A DNA stretch of 64,000 nucleotides, taken from NCBI GenBank assembly GCA_002189035.1, contig NEEC01000004.1, forward strand, positions 4,836,001 to 4,900,000, written 5' to 3'. Below are positions 1 to 13,128 of this stretch, in pieces. Under the pieces are notes generated by a model. That model was not told the DNA's origin, searched no databases, and was given only the letters and a program-made list of their open reading frames with translations. Origin of the DNA: Utricularia gibba. Lineage: Eukaryota > Plantae > Magnoliophyta. Position 1 is the first letter of the stretch, and each line of letters starts with the position of its first letter. The translations under genes were made by a program, and so were the position numbers.

Positions 1-96
1 ATCATCATTTCTGCTGCTACTCTTCTCCAAATCCAATACAGTCAGAGACTACGAACATGATACGGATACATCTGTGGGTATGTAAGTTTTTTTCAC

Positions 97-1846
97 CTGG
101 AAGAGTTGCTCCAGAGTCTAGGATTTGAGGATGTATAGTTTGTATCAGAATCCACTAGTGGGTCTCTTTGATCGATGATCTGCCGGATTCCGGTGGGTCG
201 ATCGCTGCCGATCGTGGAGATGTCATCTTCACCACCAGACCCTTCTGAGTGACCTTCAAGAGAAACAAAAATATGATGAGCTCCATTAACTTAAAAACGC
301 AGTAGCCATTGATTCTACTCGTCAAGAGCATGAATTTACCCGAGGAGGGTGCAGGCTTGTCGGTGGTCTTCACAGTTCGATACATCTGCAAGAATGATCA
401 AAACCAGGGTCAGCAAAACGGGATTAAAATAAAAAAATCATGAATTTATTAAGTTAATCCATTTGTTGTGGAGTCTGCAGCAGATGGGAAGACTTTATCT
501 CTGTTGTCTGGGGATTAAACAGTGAAGAGTTTAAATAATTGAGAAATGATGACTTTTCCTTCCAACTTTTAATATCATTCTATAAAGCTTCCCCATCTCT
601 GCAGTTGCAGATCTCTCTCTCTCTTTGTAGAGAGCAATCTCTTGTCCCAAAGCTCCATTCTTTGAATTAATTAGAGTCTGAACTCATCGGAGATCGTGCC
701 GAGAAATAAACGGAGACCCACACACAGATAACAAAGATAAAGACAGGGACAGAGTGCGAGATTAATTCGTTTTTTTTTCCCCATTTTGTTTCTGAAAGGA
801 AGAAACTGAGTTTTTTTGTGTACCTGCAAATGGCTTTTCACATGAGCAAGCGTGAGATCCTTGACATCCATCAGCTCCAGAACTGACTTCGGGGTTGCTC
901 CTGAATGATTTCAATACAAAAATATAAAATCTTGTTGACCTAAAGTTCCCAAACCAGAAAACCCCAACGGGAAAATAGAATCTTGATAATCCGGGGAGAT
1001 CGAAGGTTTAATCTTTAGGTGTGCGGTGTGAAGCAGAACTTGAAATTTTTAAAAAGAGGGGATTTAGAAAATACTTTCATGGCCGCCAAGGAGCTCAACT
1101 GCATGTACAAAACGAGCGTGAAGACTACTAGTCCATCTCATTCTCGGCGCCCTCATGCTTCTTTTACTCTGCATCTTGGGAAGAAACCTCGATCTCATAA
1201 CCCCGGGATGCGGAGCACCTCCCCCACCTTCAATACCAAACTGATGAGGGTAGCTCTGTGGGTGCATTTGATGAAACCCTCCGGCGCCGACGATTCGCGA
1301 AGCGGCGGCGACAGGGCCGCGGTAAAGACCGGCGCCACCGGCTGCAGGAGCGCCATTCGCAGTGAGATTCATCATCGGGAGATGATGATGATGATGATCC
1401 ATAGGTGCGGCTCCAGTGAAATACGGATGGGAAATTGGAGGTGAGGTCCAAGAAGGCATTTGGTAAAAACGCGTCTTTGGATCTTTTTGCTCCAAAGGTA
1501 AAAAAGGAAAGGGGCGATTTGTGGGGGGATAAACAGGAATACCCTTTATAGGTTGAGATGAAGAAGACTGTACGGCGTAATTTTGAAAAGGGTTTTGTGG
1601 GTCTTGTTGGTTTCCGCCACTGAAGCTCTTCGGAACCTCGAAATTTGTCCTGAGGGAGAGTTCGGTCGCCGGAGCTGCGGCGGCGGCGTCGGTGGAAGTT
1701 CCAGTAACCGAAAGGTCAAAATTGTGAACTTGCTGTTGCTGATGTCTATTTTTGGGCGATGAAACAAAATTTGGAGGGCTGATTTGTAGAGAAAGATCAG
1801 GCATTTGACTCGAAGAGAGCTCCAAGAAAACACCTTCCGTCGACAT
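97..1846 (-). CDS. KAN1: KANADI-family GARP/MYB-like transcription factor (KAN1-like), 3' end runs off the window. Exons 1846-1075, 900-824, 385-340, 253-97
   Basis: Starts MSTEGVFLE...PDLSLQIS; contains GVMRSRFLPKMQSKRSMRAPRMRWTSSLHARFVHAVELLGGHE|RATPKSVLELMDVKDLTLAHVKSHLQ|MYRTVKTTDKP. GT-AG junctions restore one frame; exon 4 ends LWSNSSR. Confidence 0.95.
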
Positions 1847-3031
1847 TTTTTCCCCCTCCTCCTCCTCTTCTTCTTCTTCTTCTTCCTTGTCCTCTATACA
1901 GATTAGGATTCCGATTCCCAAAACCAATCTCACCACCACCACCACACGTATGGAGAAAGCTTCTGTCTTTGCAAAAATCTGCACCCTTGAAAAGGTGCCA
2001 AGTCAATAAAAAAAGTATCGGGAGGACGACGAACTCACACCAGCGAAAAGAGGGAAACAAGAACAGATTTTGAGCTATAAATCAGAGGCCCATGTAAGCA
2101 GGATTAGACCTTTCCTCCTCGAAGAAAAGTTTGAAAGGCGAAAATCTCGAGGGAACTGCACCTCAAATTGACCTCAGAATCATCAGAAGAAAGAAGCAAA
2201 AACAAAACTCGTTTTTCTTTTCAGGTTTTGTTTTTTGGTGTGCCTCCGACCGAAGGTGTTGCTGTAATGGAGGCTTGAGGAACAGAAAGAAAACAAGTAG
2301 AGAGATGTGGAGAATTACAGAAGCAAACGCGAATGGCAAAAGGTGAGGGTGGGGATGCGCTGTTTGGTTAATTCCTCGAGAGTATGCAATCGGACAACGA
2401 CACTAGAAAGAAAGAAGGCCCCCAGGTCCACTTTAACAATGCACTCATGCATTTTGTAAATTCAAACACACCGGCTAACCAAAACCCCGTTTCTTCATTT
2501 CCCAAAAATAACAAAACCAACCCATAACTTCCCCAAATCGCGCATCCCCCCCTTATCCACAAACCCCCTCTTCACAGCAGATAAGGCAGCAGCAACAGTA
2601 TGAATCACCCTCCCCACAATCAAAAGATAGATACTTGGCCGCAGAAACACAGGTTCAGTATACATTTTTTGACTGTTTTGGGTGAAAAGCAAGCATCCGG
2701 TAAAAGTCAAAATGACGGAGGGGGAGCATAAAAAGATGCATTGTCAGTTACCCCGGAGAGGACGGGTTAAAATTCTTGCAACAGGAAGTAACAATCCCTC
2801 TTTCTGTTTATTCCTTTTCACCCACCCGCGAATGACATCTGTACCCTCCTGTAAGAAAACCATACTTTGCCCTAAAGTGTGTTTTTTTAATTAGGAAGAG
2901 CTTAGACAAGTAGAGGTGGGCCCAGATTCCGAAAACGAAGGGACAGAGAATTATCCAAGTCTAGGAGTAGCAAAATTAATCTGGGGTTAATTATTATTAT
3001 TATTGTGGATTATATTAATATTAGACTCTGC

Positions 3032-3052
3032 GTGTGTGTGTGTGTGTGTGTG
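3032..3052. repeat. (GT)n microsatellite, about 10 units, upstream of KAN1
   Basis: gtgtgtgtgtgtgtgtgtgtg seen directly. Confidence 0.95.
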
Positions 3053-6000
3053 CACCTACAACTAAAACAAAAGCACAGCATAATGGCGTAGGGTTTGTAG
3101 GGGAGAGATGATTCGTTGGACTTGGTTTGTTTGTGTGTTGTTGGCTGGTCTACCGAAGAAGATGAAAGTGGGTAGTTTTTTTTGCGGTAAAAAACAATTC
3201 TTTACTCTTGCTGCTCGTGTTTCCACGCTTTCTTAACTTTCATTTATCTCTGGCACGAATTTTTCACCGCGAGCATAGGCTGGGGAACCAGCATGGGGCA
3301 TGATGGAGATTTTCCGCACCGGTTTTAAGGAGAATAGGCCCCTCTGTGTTGGTATTTACTGCGGTGAATAAAATGGAATAGCACTCGTCTTCTACAGATA
3401 CTGATTGGCTTGTGCAGTTACTGCTGGAATGAATTGGAGTTGGGATCTCCAAATCAACACCGAATTATTACATAGTATGTGCCACATTTGCATGCATTTA
3501 AGCCGCACTGTTGAATTATTACACCGTGCTGCAAACCAGTGAAATGAAGCCTCACAGTCCTTGCGTCTTCTGGTACAGGGGGTTTTTACGGTGTACGGCT
3601 GCCGGAAGAAGAGTGAAATGGGGTGGGGTTTGGAGCCACGAGCTTTTGACCCACCAGTCAATGGCGCCTTAGTTTGTTCCACGGATCGGGAAAATTTTCT
3701 CTCAGAACGTCTCTGGGTACGTCCACCGACGGGTGTACCGAATTATTCCACACAGTTTCGAACTTCTCACATCTCTTACAGAACAAGGAAACAGCCAACT
3801 TTTGGACACGAGTTGTCTCAACGTGTAGAACAAGATCCTATCTTTTTTCTAGCTGCATTTTTCCGCAACAAAAGCAACCCATTCCTCAGCTGTTTCATTT
3901 ACTGGGTCTTTGCGTGGGTGAATTGGGGCTAGGGTTCTGGGGATCAAATTACAGAAGCATGAACAGTTTTGGGAAAAACCATAAAAGCTGGTTTTGAATG
4001 GATTCTTATCTTGAAGGTGCAGCCACAGAGTAACTACGCGACAGTTTGAATTGAAGTAGGGGAGAAATAATAGAAAAAGGTAGTCGCATTTGTGACATAA
4101 AAAAAAAAAAGAATAATTGGGTGATGATGGGTGAGGTAGGTGGGGAAGAAGAAGGAGACAGGTGGCGAGTAAGAGAAGAGAATGGAATAGCATGCAGAGA
4201 CCCCCCGGTCCGCCTCCCCCCTCATTCCTTTCATTCGTTGTTGTGTTCTGTGTTATGATGATGCGCGCGCTTTAAATGCAGAGTAGACAATACGGTCAGC
4301 TACTTTCGTCGAGGACGCTGTCACCCCCGGCCCTACCCCTCCTCCCATTTCATTAATATCCACCAATCCCGATCACCTTCTCCGGCATCCCTTCACAGTT
4401 TGAACAGCAGCAGCTGAGACCCAACCCAACCCGACCCGATTCTCCCCCCTTCCGTTTTCTGGAGATAGAGACAGGTTTATCTCTTGGAATGATGGCGGGT
4501 GAATAGTGAAAAGGGTACGAAGAGGAGCTACAGAACTACTTCAATCATAAAGCAATCGATTACAAAATCATTTAACTCCATCAAGAGAGCTGAAAGGCTG
4601 AGCCCCCCCACCCCTCGCTCTGTTCTGTTCTGTCAAAAAAAAGTCGTGCGCCCTTCTGTCTCTTTACCATTTATATCCCCCTTTTCAAGGCGGGGGCGGC
4701 CCCGCAACACCTGCAACTGCACTGCCTTCTCCTCTCCCCCACGCACTTAAATGCAGCATGGGGAGATGAGGGAGGGTGTTTCCGTCTTTTCACTGTCGCG
4801 CAACGGTGGGGTATTTTCTACATTCCTACTACATTCCCACCCCAGTCAAAACAAAATGGATGGACAATTTTATTATTATTATTATTTGATTTTTTTTTTC
4901 TAAACCTTGTCTCCATCCCAGGTCTCCATCTTGTGTGCATTCCCACATGACATATTCAGCATCAGGTTATTTAGAAAATTATTCATTTTCGATTTATTTA
5001 TTATATACTAATATAAAAAAATTAATATTGAATATGTTTAATTTTCTAACAAGGCTATTTTGGTAAATTACACTTCAATGCAACCCTATTCTAGATGCCA
5101 ATCCAATCCGCTTCTTCCCTTTTCTGTACTTTTAATTAAATATTTAATTAATTATTGTGACCGACATGCATTGATTTTATTATTACAATTGGGCTTCTAG
5201 CAATTATGTACTAACATCCAAGCCATGAAACCGCCTTCGTCACAAAAGCTAATCCTTTCGTATGTGTTTGGTATGTATTTTAATTAATAATATATTCAAA
5301 TTATTTGTATTTAAATAAATACGTGTTCTGTGGCTATAATTGAAAGTATGTTTGATAGATCATTTTTACGAATATTTGTTTGATAAATATGTTTAGAATA
5401 TATAGAAAATAAATGAGCTAAAACTTTATTAATTAAGAAAATTCACATGAAATACGGGATTTTGCAATTGCTTTACAATGATTATGTACTCCCATCTTGA
5501 CGTGAAAGTTACTTATGTTTTCTAGAACATACTACTATAATATAATGATATAAAATTTCGGGTTTCTAGAAATAAGGGATGTGAAATAATGGTGTATTAA
5601 AGAATAAGTTTATCAAATATATATATTCTACATTTCTTTAACGCTAGCGAATGTACGGTAATAATATCCCTAAATAAACATCATTTTACCATACTACCCT
5701 TAAGGAATGAAATGGTACAATTGCATTATTATTATTATTATTATTGGTGAGAATTAATCGGTCACCTATTATTTTTTTCTTTTTTTACCCTAATAATGCG
5801 AATAAATTTAATATTATAATGAAAATAAAAGAGGATTAAGTGGGGAGAGAGCATGATGGGGATCGTGTGCATGCATACATACATACAGCTGTGTCTTGCG
5901 GGCCAAAAGACAGACACGCATATGGCGAAGAGAAGAATTCCCCCACATGCATGTATATAAATTCCGAAAGTGATGGCACATGACATAACATCACATACCA

Positions 6001-6575
6001 TACCATGCATGACATATTATATAGTATTCTTAAATTTTGAATAATTGAGCTTCTTTATTAATAAATAAATTCCGTTTCCTGGGGGTGGTTGTACACGCGC
6101 ATCTTTCTCTTTTTTTTTTGGAATTTTGGAAAATATTTATGGGGAATTTAAGATACGGACGCTACTTTTGATGCTTTATGTAGGTCTATTCGGTGAATAA
6201 TAATGATATCATAATTCAGAAATGATTATTCAATATTTTCTGAATAATAAATTGATTATTAATGATAGACTTATTTGCATTTTCCAAAAATAAGTATATA
6301 ATAAATGTATTCTTCAGTATTCATATAATTTGAAAAATATTTTATGAATTTACACTATTATTTTCAATATATATTTATAAAATTTATATACCGGCCACAC
6401 TTTCGTTAAAATTCGTAAATAATTAAATTAGTTTACCAAATGTCAATTAATATTGGACTGAAAAGTGAGTCTGAGGCCCAATATTAGTCTCATGAGCTTT
6501 TGGCCCAACAACTAACAGTTCTGGATACCTTAGAGTGGGTGATTAATGGGCTAAAGGGCTTGGCCCGGTTGTCAG

Positions 6576-8673
6576 TCAGTGAGAGGGAGTTGGATGACGG
6601 CGCCGGCGGAGATTGTACCGTTGGGAACTTGTGGACTCATGTGAAGCTTCGGTGAGAAGAAAGTCAGGGTCTTCAGATTCGGCGGTATCTTCCGGTAACT
6701 CTTTGATGAGCCATGACCCCCAGTTGACGGAATCTTCGTCGTCGGTATCTTCCCAAGGTAATGATGATTCCTTGTGTTGTATGGTATTTAGTTTGTCTAT
6801 CAGCGTTAAAAGAATCTGATGGTTTAGCTTTTCGTAGTCCCTGAAAAATGACTGATTTAGCTCATGTTTTGAAGGGGTTCGTGTTTGATGTAATGAATTA
6901 TTGGGATTTAGTTTCTTACCTGTAAGTATACAAGGTGTATAGAAACTGGGCAGAGGCGAGAAAGAGGAAGAGCGACCTCGCGCACGTCGCCATCCAGGTG
7001 CGGTGTTCGAGAATGTAAGCTGAGCTTCGCATTATGCTTAGCTCAATCAAAAGGGTGACGCATAATCCTGCAGAAAAAATGAGATTAAGTAGTTACCTTT
7101 GAGATTTTTGGGCGATAAATTTTGGATAAGTTTTGTTTGATTTACCTATGTAGAGCCTGTGCCTGATGTTGTGTGTTTGCTTCATACCGGTAAACATGTA
7201 GACGACGAAAATCAGTAAGGAATAAATTATGAAGACTTTCATGAGTCTGGATTCAATCAGCAGGGCATTGTGTAGTGCAAAGAGCTTGTCCAATGCATTC
7301 AGCATTCCTGCTTGTTTTGTCTCGAATGCTTCCTGCAAATTAGTGCTTAAAGATCAGAAAACAAAATGATTTATCTTTTCCATCAACAGAGTAGAATCTA
7401 AACCTGGGCTGTTAATATTCTTTTTGAACTCTCTGCTAGGTGATCGTTTGCTTGCTGAAGATGTTCTTGTCGGAGGAGAAGTTCCTCCTGCTGTTTTTTC
7501 CCGAATTCAGAGAGTTTCTGGAGATTATTCCTGCTCTCTTCAAGTGCTTGAGATTGGGAACTTTTCAAGATCTCAAGACCTTCAAGTGCTGCAGACTGGC
7601 TCTCCAATAGTTGCTTCTGTTTATCCAGGGAACTTCCTGTAATATTCTCGATATCATCTGCTTTACTCTGTAAAACGTCCATCTTGGAGAACATGGCTTC
7701 TCCTAGTTTCCCAATCTCCTGCTCTATTTCAACCGTTTCATTCTTCAAGGTGGAGATTTCTGACCCCAGATTATCATACGACTCGTGTAGCATTTTAATG
7801 CCCTGTTCCAGATTTTCCCTCATCTTCCTTTGCCCATCACTGAGCTCTGCCTGAGAAGCTGCTATCCCTTTGGATTGCTCACGTAAATCCTCTGAGAACA
7901 TCTTCAGTACGTTTACATTTTGTTGTACATTTCTTGAAGTTTCTGCTACTTTCTGTGTCTGCATATCGATGGAGTCTAGAGAATCATGAATGTGCTTTGA
8001 GTTCTGCAACAAAACCTCCCCACGTTCCTCTATGTTTTCCAGCTTCTGCTCTGCGTACTCTGCCGATCTCTTTAGTTCGTTCACTAATCTCTCAGTTTGA
8101 TGCTTGAATGCATGGATTCTGCAGATTGAATGGAAGATCCGTTATGGAAACCAGGCCGGGGAAACGTAAAGATTCGTTATGGAAAGTGAAAGTTTCTTAC
8201 TGAAGCTGATGGCATATGGAATCAACTTGAAGAAAATACTGCAAGAACACTTTGTGGGCGTCATCATCCAACTTTTTGAGACAGTTCTTGGTGGGATACT
8301 TGGGATCACAATAAGGAAACTCCAGCCGACCGGAGTGTTTCTGAAAGCAGTCGCTGAGTTCCCAAGTAAGCCGATCCTTCAACTCCTGGTCCGCCACTAT
8401 CTTCGAGCAGCTGGAGAACACACTCCCGTAAGCCTTCGACCAACAGGACTCCGTTGAACGCATGTGCAACTTGGCGTTCTCCACCAAACCCATCGCCCTT
8501 TCATCGTTGTCCAAGGATGTCATGGCGAATTCCCCTCCGGCAAGTCTCGGCATGTGCGACGCCACGTCTGGAGCCGGTGCATCGGAGAACCACCAGCAAT
8601 CCGACCCGGGAACTCTTGAAAGCACAAAGGGGAGAACAAGGAAGCAGAAGGAGAAACCGCCATGGCCCATCAT
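6576..8673 (-). CDS. GEX1: GAMETE EXPRESSED 1 (GEX1/KAR5-family nuclear fusion protein). Exons 8673-8201, 8118-7404, 7332-7146, 7067-6920, 6840-6576
   Basis: Signal peptide; Cys-rich domain (SCWSKAY...LTWELSDCFQKHSGR...CLKKLDDDAHKVFLQYFLQVDSICHQLQ); long coiled coil (FKHQTERLVNELKRSA); three C-terminal TM segments; tail DYEKLNHQILLTL...YNLRRR. All junctions GT-AG and in frame. Confidence 0.93.
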
Positions 8674-10289
8674 CGCCCACAACGCTTTTCTTCTGCTCCT
8701 GCGCTCAAGATCAAAAGCGACCAGAAGCTTGGCACCCAAGCATACAGGGACCTATACACACAGTAGGTTGGGACTCTGTGATTCCATGTACTTGGACCAA
8801 AATCTGATACGTTAAAGAGCAGAATCTGAACCTTCTTTTCTGAGGGGATTTTGGATGCTATAAATAATTTTGAACGGACACCGAGACCGAACTCTAACGG
8901 TTCGGATGCGCTGTTCTCATTGGACGCGTCCTTTAGTTAAATTTGGGTGTTTATAATTTAAATATCTGTGTTATTAAAAAATTTATTTAATAAACTTATT
9001 TGCTAGCATATATGGATGTATTTGATATAATGCTGTAATAATATTGTATTTAAATAAATACATATCATATAATGAAGGATTTGATCTAAATAAGAGTGTA
9101 AAGAATTTAGGTAAATACTACATGATGGGAGTAAAATACAGTTTATCTAATTTTATGTGAATCTTTCTTTTTAGAAAATGAGAATGTAATATTGTAGTTA
9201 GGTATCCAAAATAAATAATATCATATAAAAAAGATATGGATTGTTATATTTTTAAATATTAATTTTTAATATATATATATATATATATTTATTTAAAATA
9301 AATATAATTTTTCTTTATTTTATAATAATAATTGATTTGACGTTATTTAGTTTGACTTTAACATATAATAACTTGATGCATTTTATTTTGAAGTTTTTAT
9401 TAATATTTATAAAATAATTTAAATATAAATTAAATATTAAAAATGGAGACTATCAGATACACGCATAATTTTCATTTTAGGAATTGATGTACTCAAACCG
9501 GTGAACTCATAAATCAATAAATGCAAGCATCCGCACTCGTATATTCTAGTTTTGAAACTTCATTAATTTTATTTATACTTTAAAAATTATAACTATATAA
9601 ATATATTTTCAGTAAACATTTCTTATTTTATTTATAATTTATCAATCAAACATTCATCAAATTCATATATCCCTATTCCGTCAATATTTTTAATAAATTT
9701 TAATAATTTCTTTCTTGAAATAATTATTACAAGGATTTTTCCTTATTGTAATAAACACGAAAAAATTGGTATATTCTTGCAATTTATAATATTTTTATAA
9801 TATATCTTTATTAATAATATGAAAATTAATATAATATTAATAAAATTATGTCGAGTTCTCTGTGAATTCCCAATCCCAAGAGCCCCCAAATGAATAAACC
9901 TTCAACGATATCTCATCCTATTCTATTCGCCGTCAGTCGCCGATTCCGGTGAGATTGTGTCCGCCGCCGTCGCGTCTATGTTCCCCAGTTCGAGTTCATC
10001 TGGAGTGGGTATATTCCAATTATCTCAGCGACTCAGGATTCGAAGATCTGTCGAGACATCCACCCTCGGCCTCCAACTGAACCCTGTGTTGAGCTGGAAG
10101 CTACTTCACTTCACGTATGAACTGAGAGAAAGACGGCTTTTGTCATCTCCCGGCGTACAGCTGAAGAAGAAAAATGGCTTCCAGGTCATGCTTGGGTTCA
10201 GATGGAGTGTAGGGGTGGATGTTTGTAGGGATCTTTGAACCAGCGGCGTGGTACTTGGAATTTCCCTGCTCAACTTGGGGAACATAGAA

Positions 10290-10717
10290 GCAACAAACGG
10301 AATCGATGACTGCCAGTGAATAGAATATGATGAGGCATGGTTTCAGGTTTCTTCAATGTGAGGCTCTTCGGACTTCAATGGCGATTATCCAAATGGACGA
10401 GCACATATCTAGTTTTCTTGGAGCTTCACGGCCGAGTTGGAGGAGTCTGCTACAACCCTTGATCATTTTCAGGGGAAATGTTGGCCTTGGGGGTTTCAAA
10501 ACTCATAGCCATAGCCGATGTGATGCAGGCGGTCATCCCCTAAGAAGCTCCAAGAGGGAGAGGGTGAATTTAATTTCTGACAAAGTTCTCAAAATAATAT
10601 ATGAGATCGTCCACTTGGATAATTAACATTAAAGTTAGAAGAGCCTCGGAATGAAGGAACCTGAAACCGTGCCTCACCGTATTCTATTCACTGGCAGTCA
10701 TCGTTTCCGTTTGTTTC
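10290..10717. repeat. Hairpin H1: imperfect inverted repeat, arms ~10290-10408 and ~10597-10717 (~120 bp, ~80% identical), made of fragments of the island gene family
   Basis: Reverse complement of caaacggaatcgatgactgccagtgaatagaatatgatgaggcatggtttcaggtttcttc matches gaaggaacctgaaaccgtgcctcaccgtattctattcactggcagtcatcgtttccgtttg. The loop encodes a family N-terminal fragment (SWRSLLQPLIIFRGNVGLGGF). Confidence 0.85.
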
Positions 10718-12364
10718 AAGGTGAGTCATGGCGGACGTGTTTCGTTGCAAGTGAAAGCGAATTCAAATGGCTCTCCATCTCCACCTAGTGAAAATGGCGC
10801 CCTAGGAATCCCACATAAGAAAAGCTTTAAAAGAGATGACCCAAAGATCATGGGGATTGTGAGATGAATGAATGTGCAATTTAACTTCCAGGAAGCCCCT
10901 TTTACGCAGTTTTAAAAAAAGATCGAAATCCCCTTGCTAAAGAGCTTGGAGGCTCCTGTTAACAATACATTTTGGGTGTTAACAATAGAATTTTTTTTTA
11001 TAATAAAGTAATTAAAAATTGATACAAATTATTGGTAGATCGGACACATCTAACATGGGTCAAATTGAGGATTTATATATCTCCGATTCAGAGTAAATCA
11101 ATTATCATCAATGTTTACTATAAAATATAAAATATCAAAGCTGATAATTTATCATCATCGTAAGAGAGTTTCAATCAACAGAAAAAGAATAAAAAACTTA
11201 AGTAATAACAAACCGCTGAACCAATATTTTTATTAAAGGATCGTTGACCCAAGTCGTCGTGCATTCAGATAAAAAGAAAGAAAGGCCACACGACACGTCA
11301 CAAATCTTCTCTTCTTCTGGGAAGCAAGAAGGTGGATGCTGGTTTTGGGGCTTTCACGCTTCTGCAGACGACGCCGGTGAGGTTCGTGCTATTTTTCTGC
11401 GACGTTTTCATTCAACTCCGGGACAAGCAACGGCTGTGGGAGGAACCCTTGACGTCCTTTTCCTTCTTCTGAATATTGAGATTGTAGGAAGATTGTCCAC
11501 ACAGATTTACTTAGTGTTTAGTTGAGGTTAGTTGAGGTTATAATAAGGGATTAATTATTAGATATTAGATATTAATGTGTTTGATTTACGAATTTCTATA
11601 TCCCGAGATTTTACATGTATTTTATAAACCCTTGTTGGTGGAATTACATAAAGTAATCACACCATTTTACTTTATCTAATCTCATGATATGATTTTATCA
11701 AATTAACTTTATCTTACAATCATATTTATTTTTAGTAAAAAAATACTTCAATTTCAAAAAGATATTTTAGTAAATTATCTTTTTTTAATTTCATATATTT
11801 TAATAATATCAACTGAACACAATATAACATAATTCCATATTAACTAATCAAACACAATAAAAATGATATCTCACTCCATCCTAATTTATCAAATACTTAT
11901 TAATATAAAACCATCTCATTATATACCATCTCATCCTACTTTATCTGCAGCGCTTTTTCAACATCTTTTTTTTTTTTTTTGGTCTTATCAACTCTTTTTT
12001 CACAACATCAAATACATGTTTGTAAGTGAACCTTAAAGATTTCGAAATCTTATCAAATTTTCATATTTTTTTAACATAGCTTATGAAAGTAAAAATGATA
12101 TTGGTCATGTTTATGTTGACCTCTATGACATAAGACGAGATTTGGGTTGACTTATAGCAGCAATAATACATCAATACATGGTTATAAATTAACCGTTTTA
12201 CCTTGGGCCCTTCCACAAGATGGGGAGATGAAAACCCTTGATCAATGGCATAATGCAAAAGCCCTTTCGTTTATACTTGAGTAACAACAGCTCCTAGCTC
12301 ATCACTTGGTTCATTTGCAGGCAGAAAGCGGATTTCTGAACGGAGGATCTTCGAAGTAGAAGTG

Positions 12365-12674
12365 TGTTAGAGCCTTGGATTGAAACGGGTGACAGGACCC
12401 AGTTTGCACAGAAGAAGAAGAAGAAGGTTGCGAAGGAAGCGAGATTCAACACAAGTTGTCTAACAAAGAGAAAAAAACAGAAAAGTAGTCCATCAAAGAG
12501 AGCAGAAAACAAGTAACAAGGGAGAGTTCAGCCTCCAGGAAAAACACTCCGTCACACTCCGGCAGCCTCAAAGCTCGAGTCTACGTTCAGCTCTAACCTT
12601 CGATTGGCGGCAGGGAACGCACTCTTAAGCTCCAATAGACGATGGGCTCGATCCAGGGATAGAGGTCTGCATCA
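12365..12674. mobile_element. Solo LTR (310 bp) with 5-bp target-site duplication AAGTG
   Basis: Ends TGTTAGAGCC...GCATCA (TG...CA); AAGTG at 12360-12364 and 12675-12679; the paralogous site at ~16184-16198 is empty (gtag-AAGTG-tcgg). Confidence 0.88.
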
Positions 12675-13128
12675 AAGTGTCGGAACTTTGGATTTGCTCC
12701 GTTGATGAATCAGGATCATGATTCAAGCTCATTTGCGCTGAACTGGCCTTGGGTAGCATAAGAGTGACGACAGTGGGTATACATCCAAGAGAATCGATGA
12801 CTGACATGGTGTAGAATACGATCAGGCATGGTTTTAGATTCCTTGATTTGTAAACTATTGAGACTTCACGGGTGATCATCCAAGCGGAGAAGCAGAAATG
12901 AATCAGATCATATATTATTTTGACGACTGTGTTTGAAATACACACTTCAGCTATCTTCCAGGTGGAAATGAACTCAACCCCGAACAAGAAGAGGATAACA
13001 TAGGGTGCAACCCTAATTGCAATATACCAGAAGGCTGCCGGCTGCAGTTCATTACTGAAACCTCCGAGGGCAACATTTCCCAAGAAAACGATCAAGGCTT
13101 GTAGTAGCCTTCTCCAACTCATCTTCAT
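12625..13128 (-). CDS. Island family copy B: single-exon multi-TM protein, 167 aa, native C-terminus replaced by solo-LTR sequence
   Basis: Open ORF MKMSWRRLLQALIVFLGNVALGGFSNELQPAAFWYIAIRVAPY...KIIYDLIHFCFSAWMITREVS...SRNLKPCLIVFYTMSVIDSLG. The displaced native tail (SKILRSEIRFLPANEPSDELGAVVTQV*) lies beyond the LTR at ~12272-12360. Confidence 0.6.
   Translation of the reverse strand: MKMSWRRLLQALIVFLGNVALGGFSNELQPAAFWYIAIRVAPYVILFLFGVEFISTWKIAEVCISNTVVKIIYDLIHFCFSAWMITREVSIVYKSRNLKPCLIVFYTMSVIDSLGCIPTVVTLMLPKASSAQMSLNHDPDSSTEQIQSSDTLMQTSIPGSSPSSIGA

Noticed and set aside
72-96. AG acceptor 25 nt after the KAN1 exon 4 donor
   Set aside because: Too short for a plant intron; the true next exon probably lies outside the window
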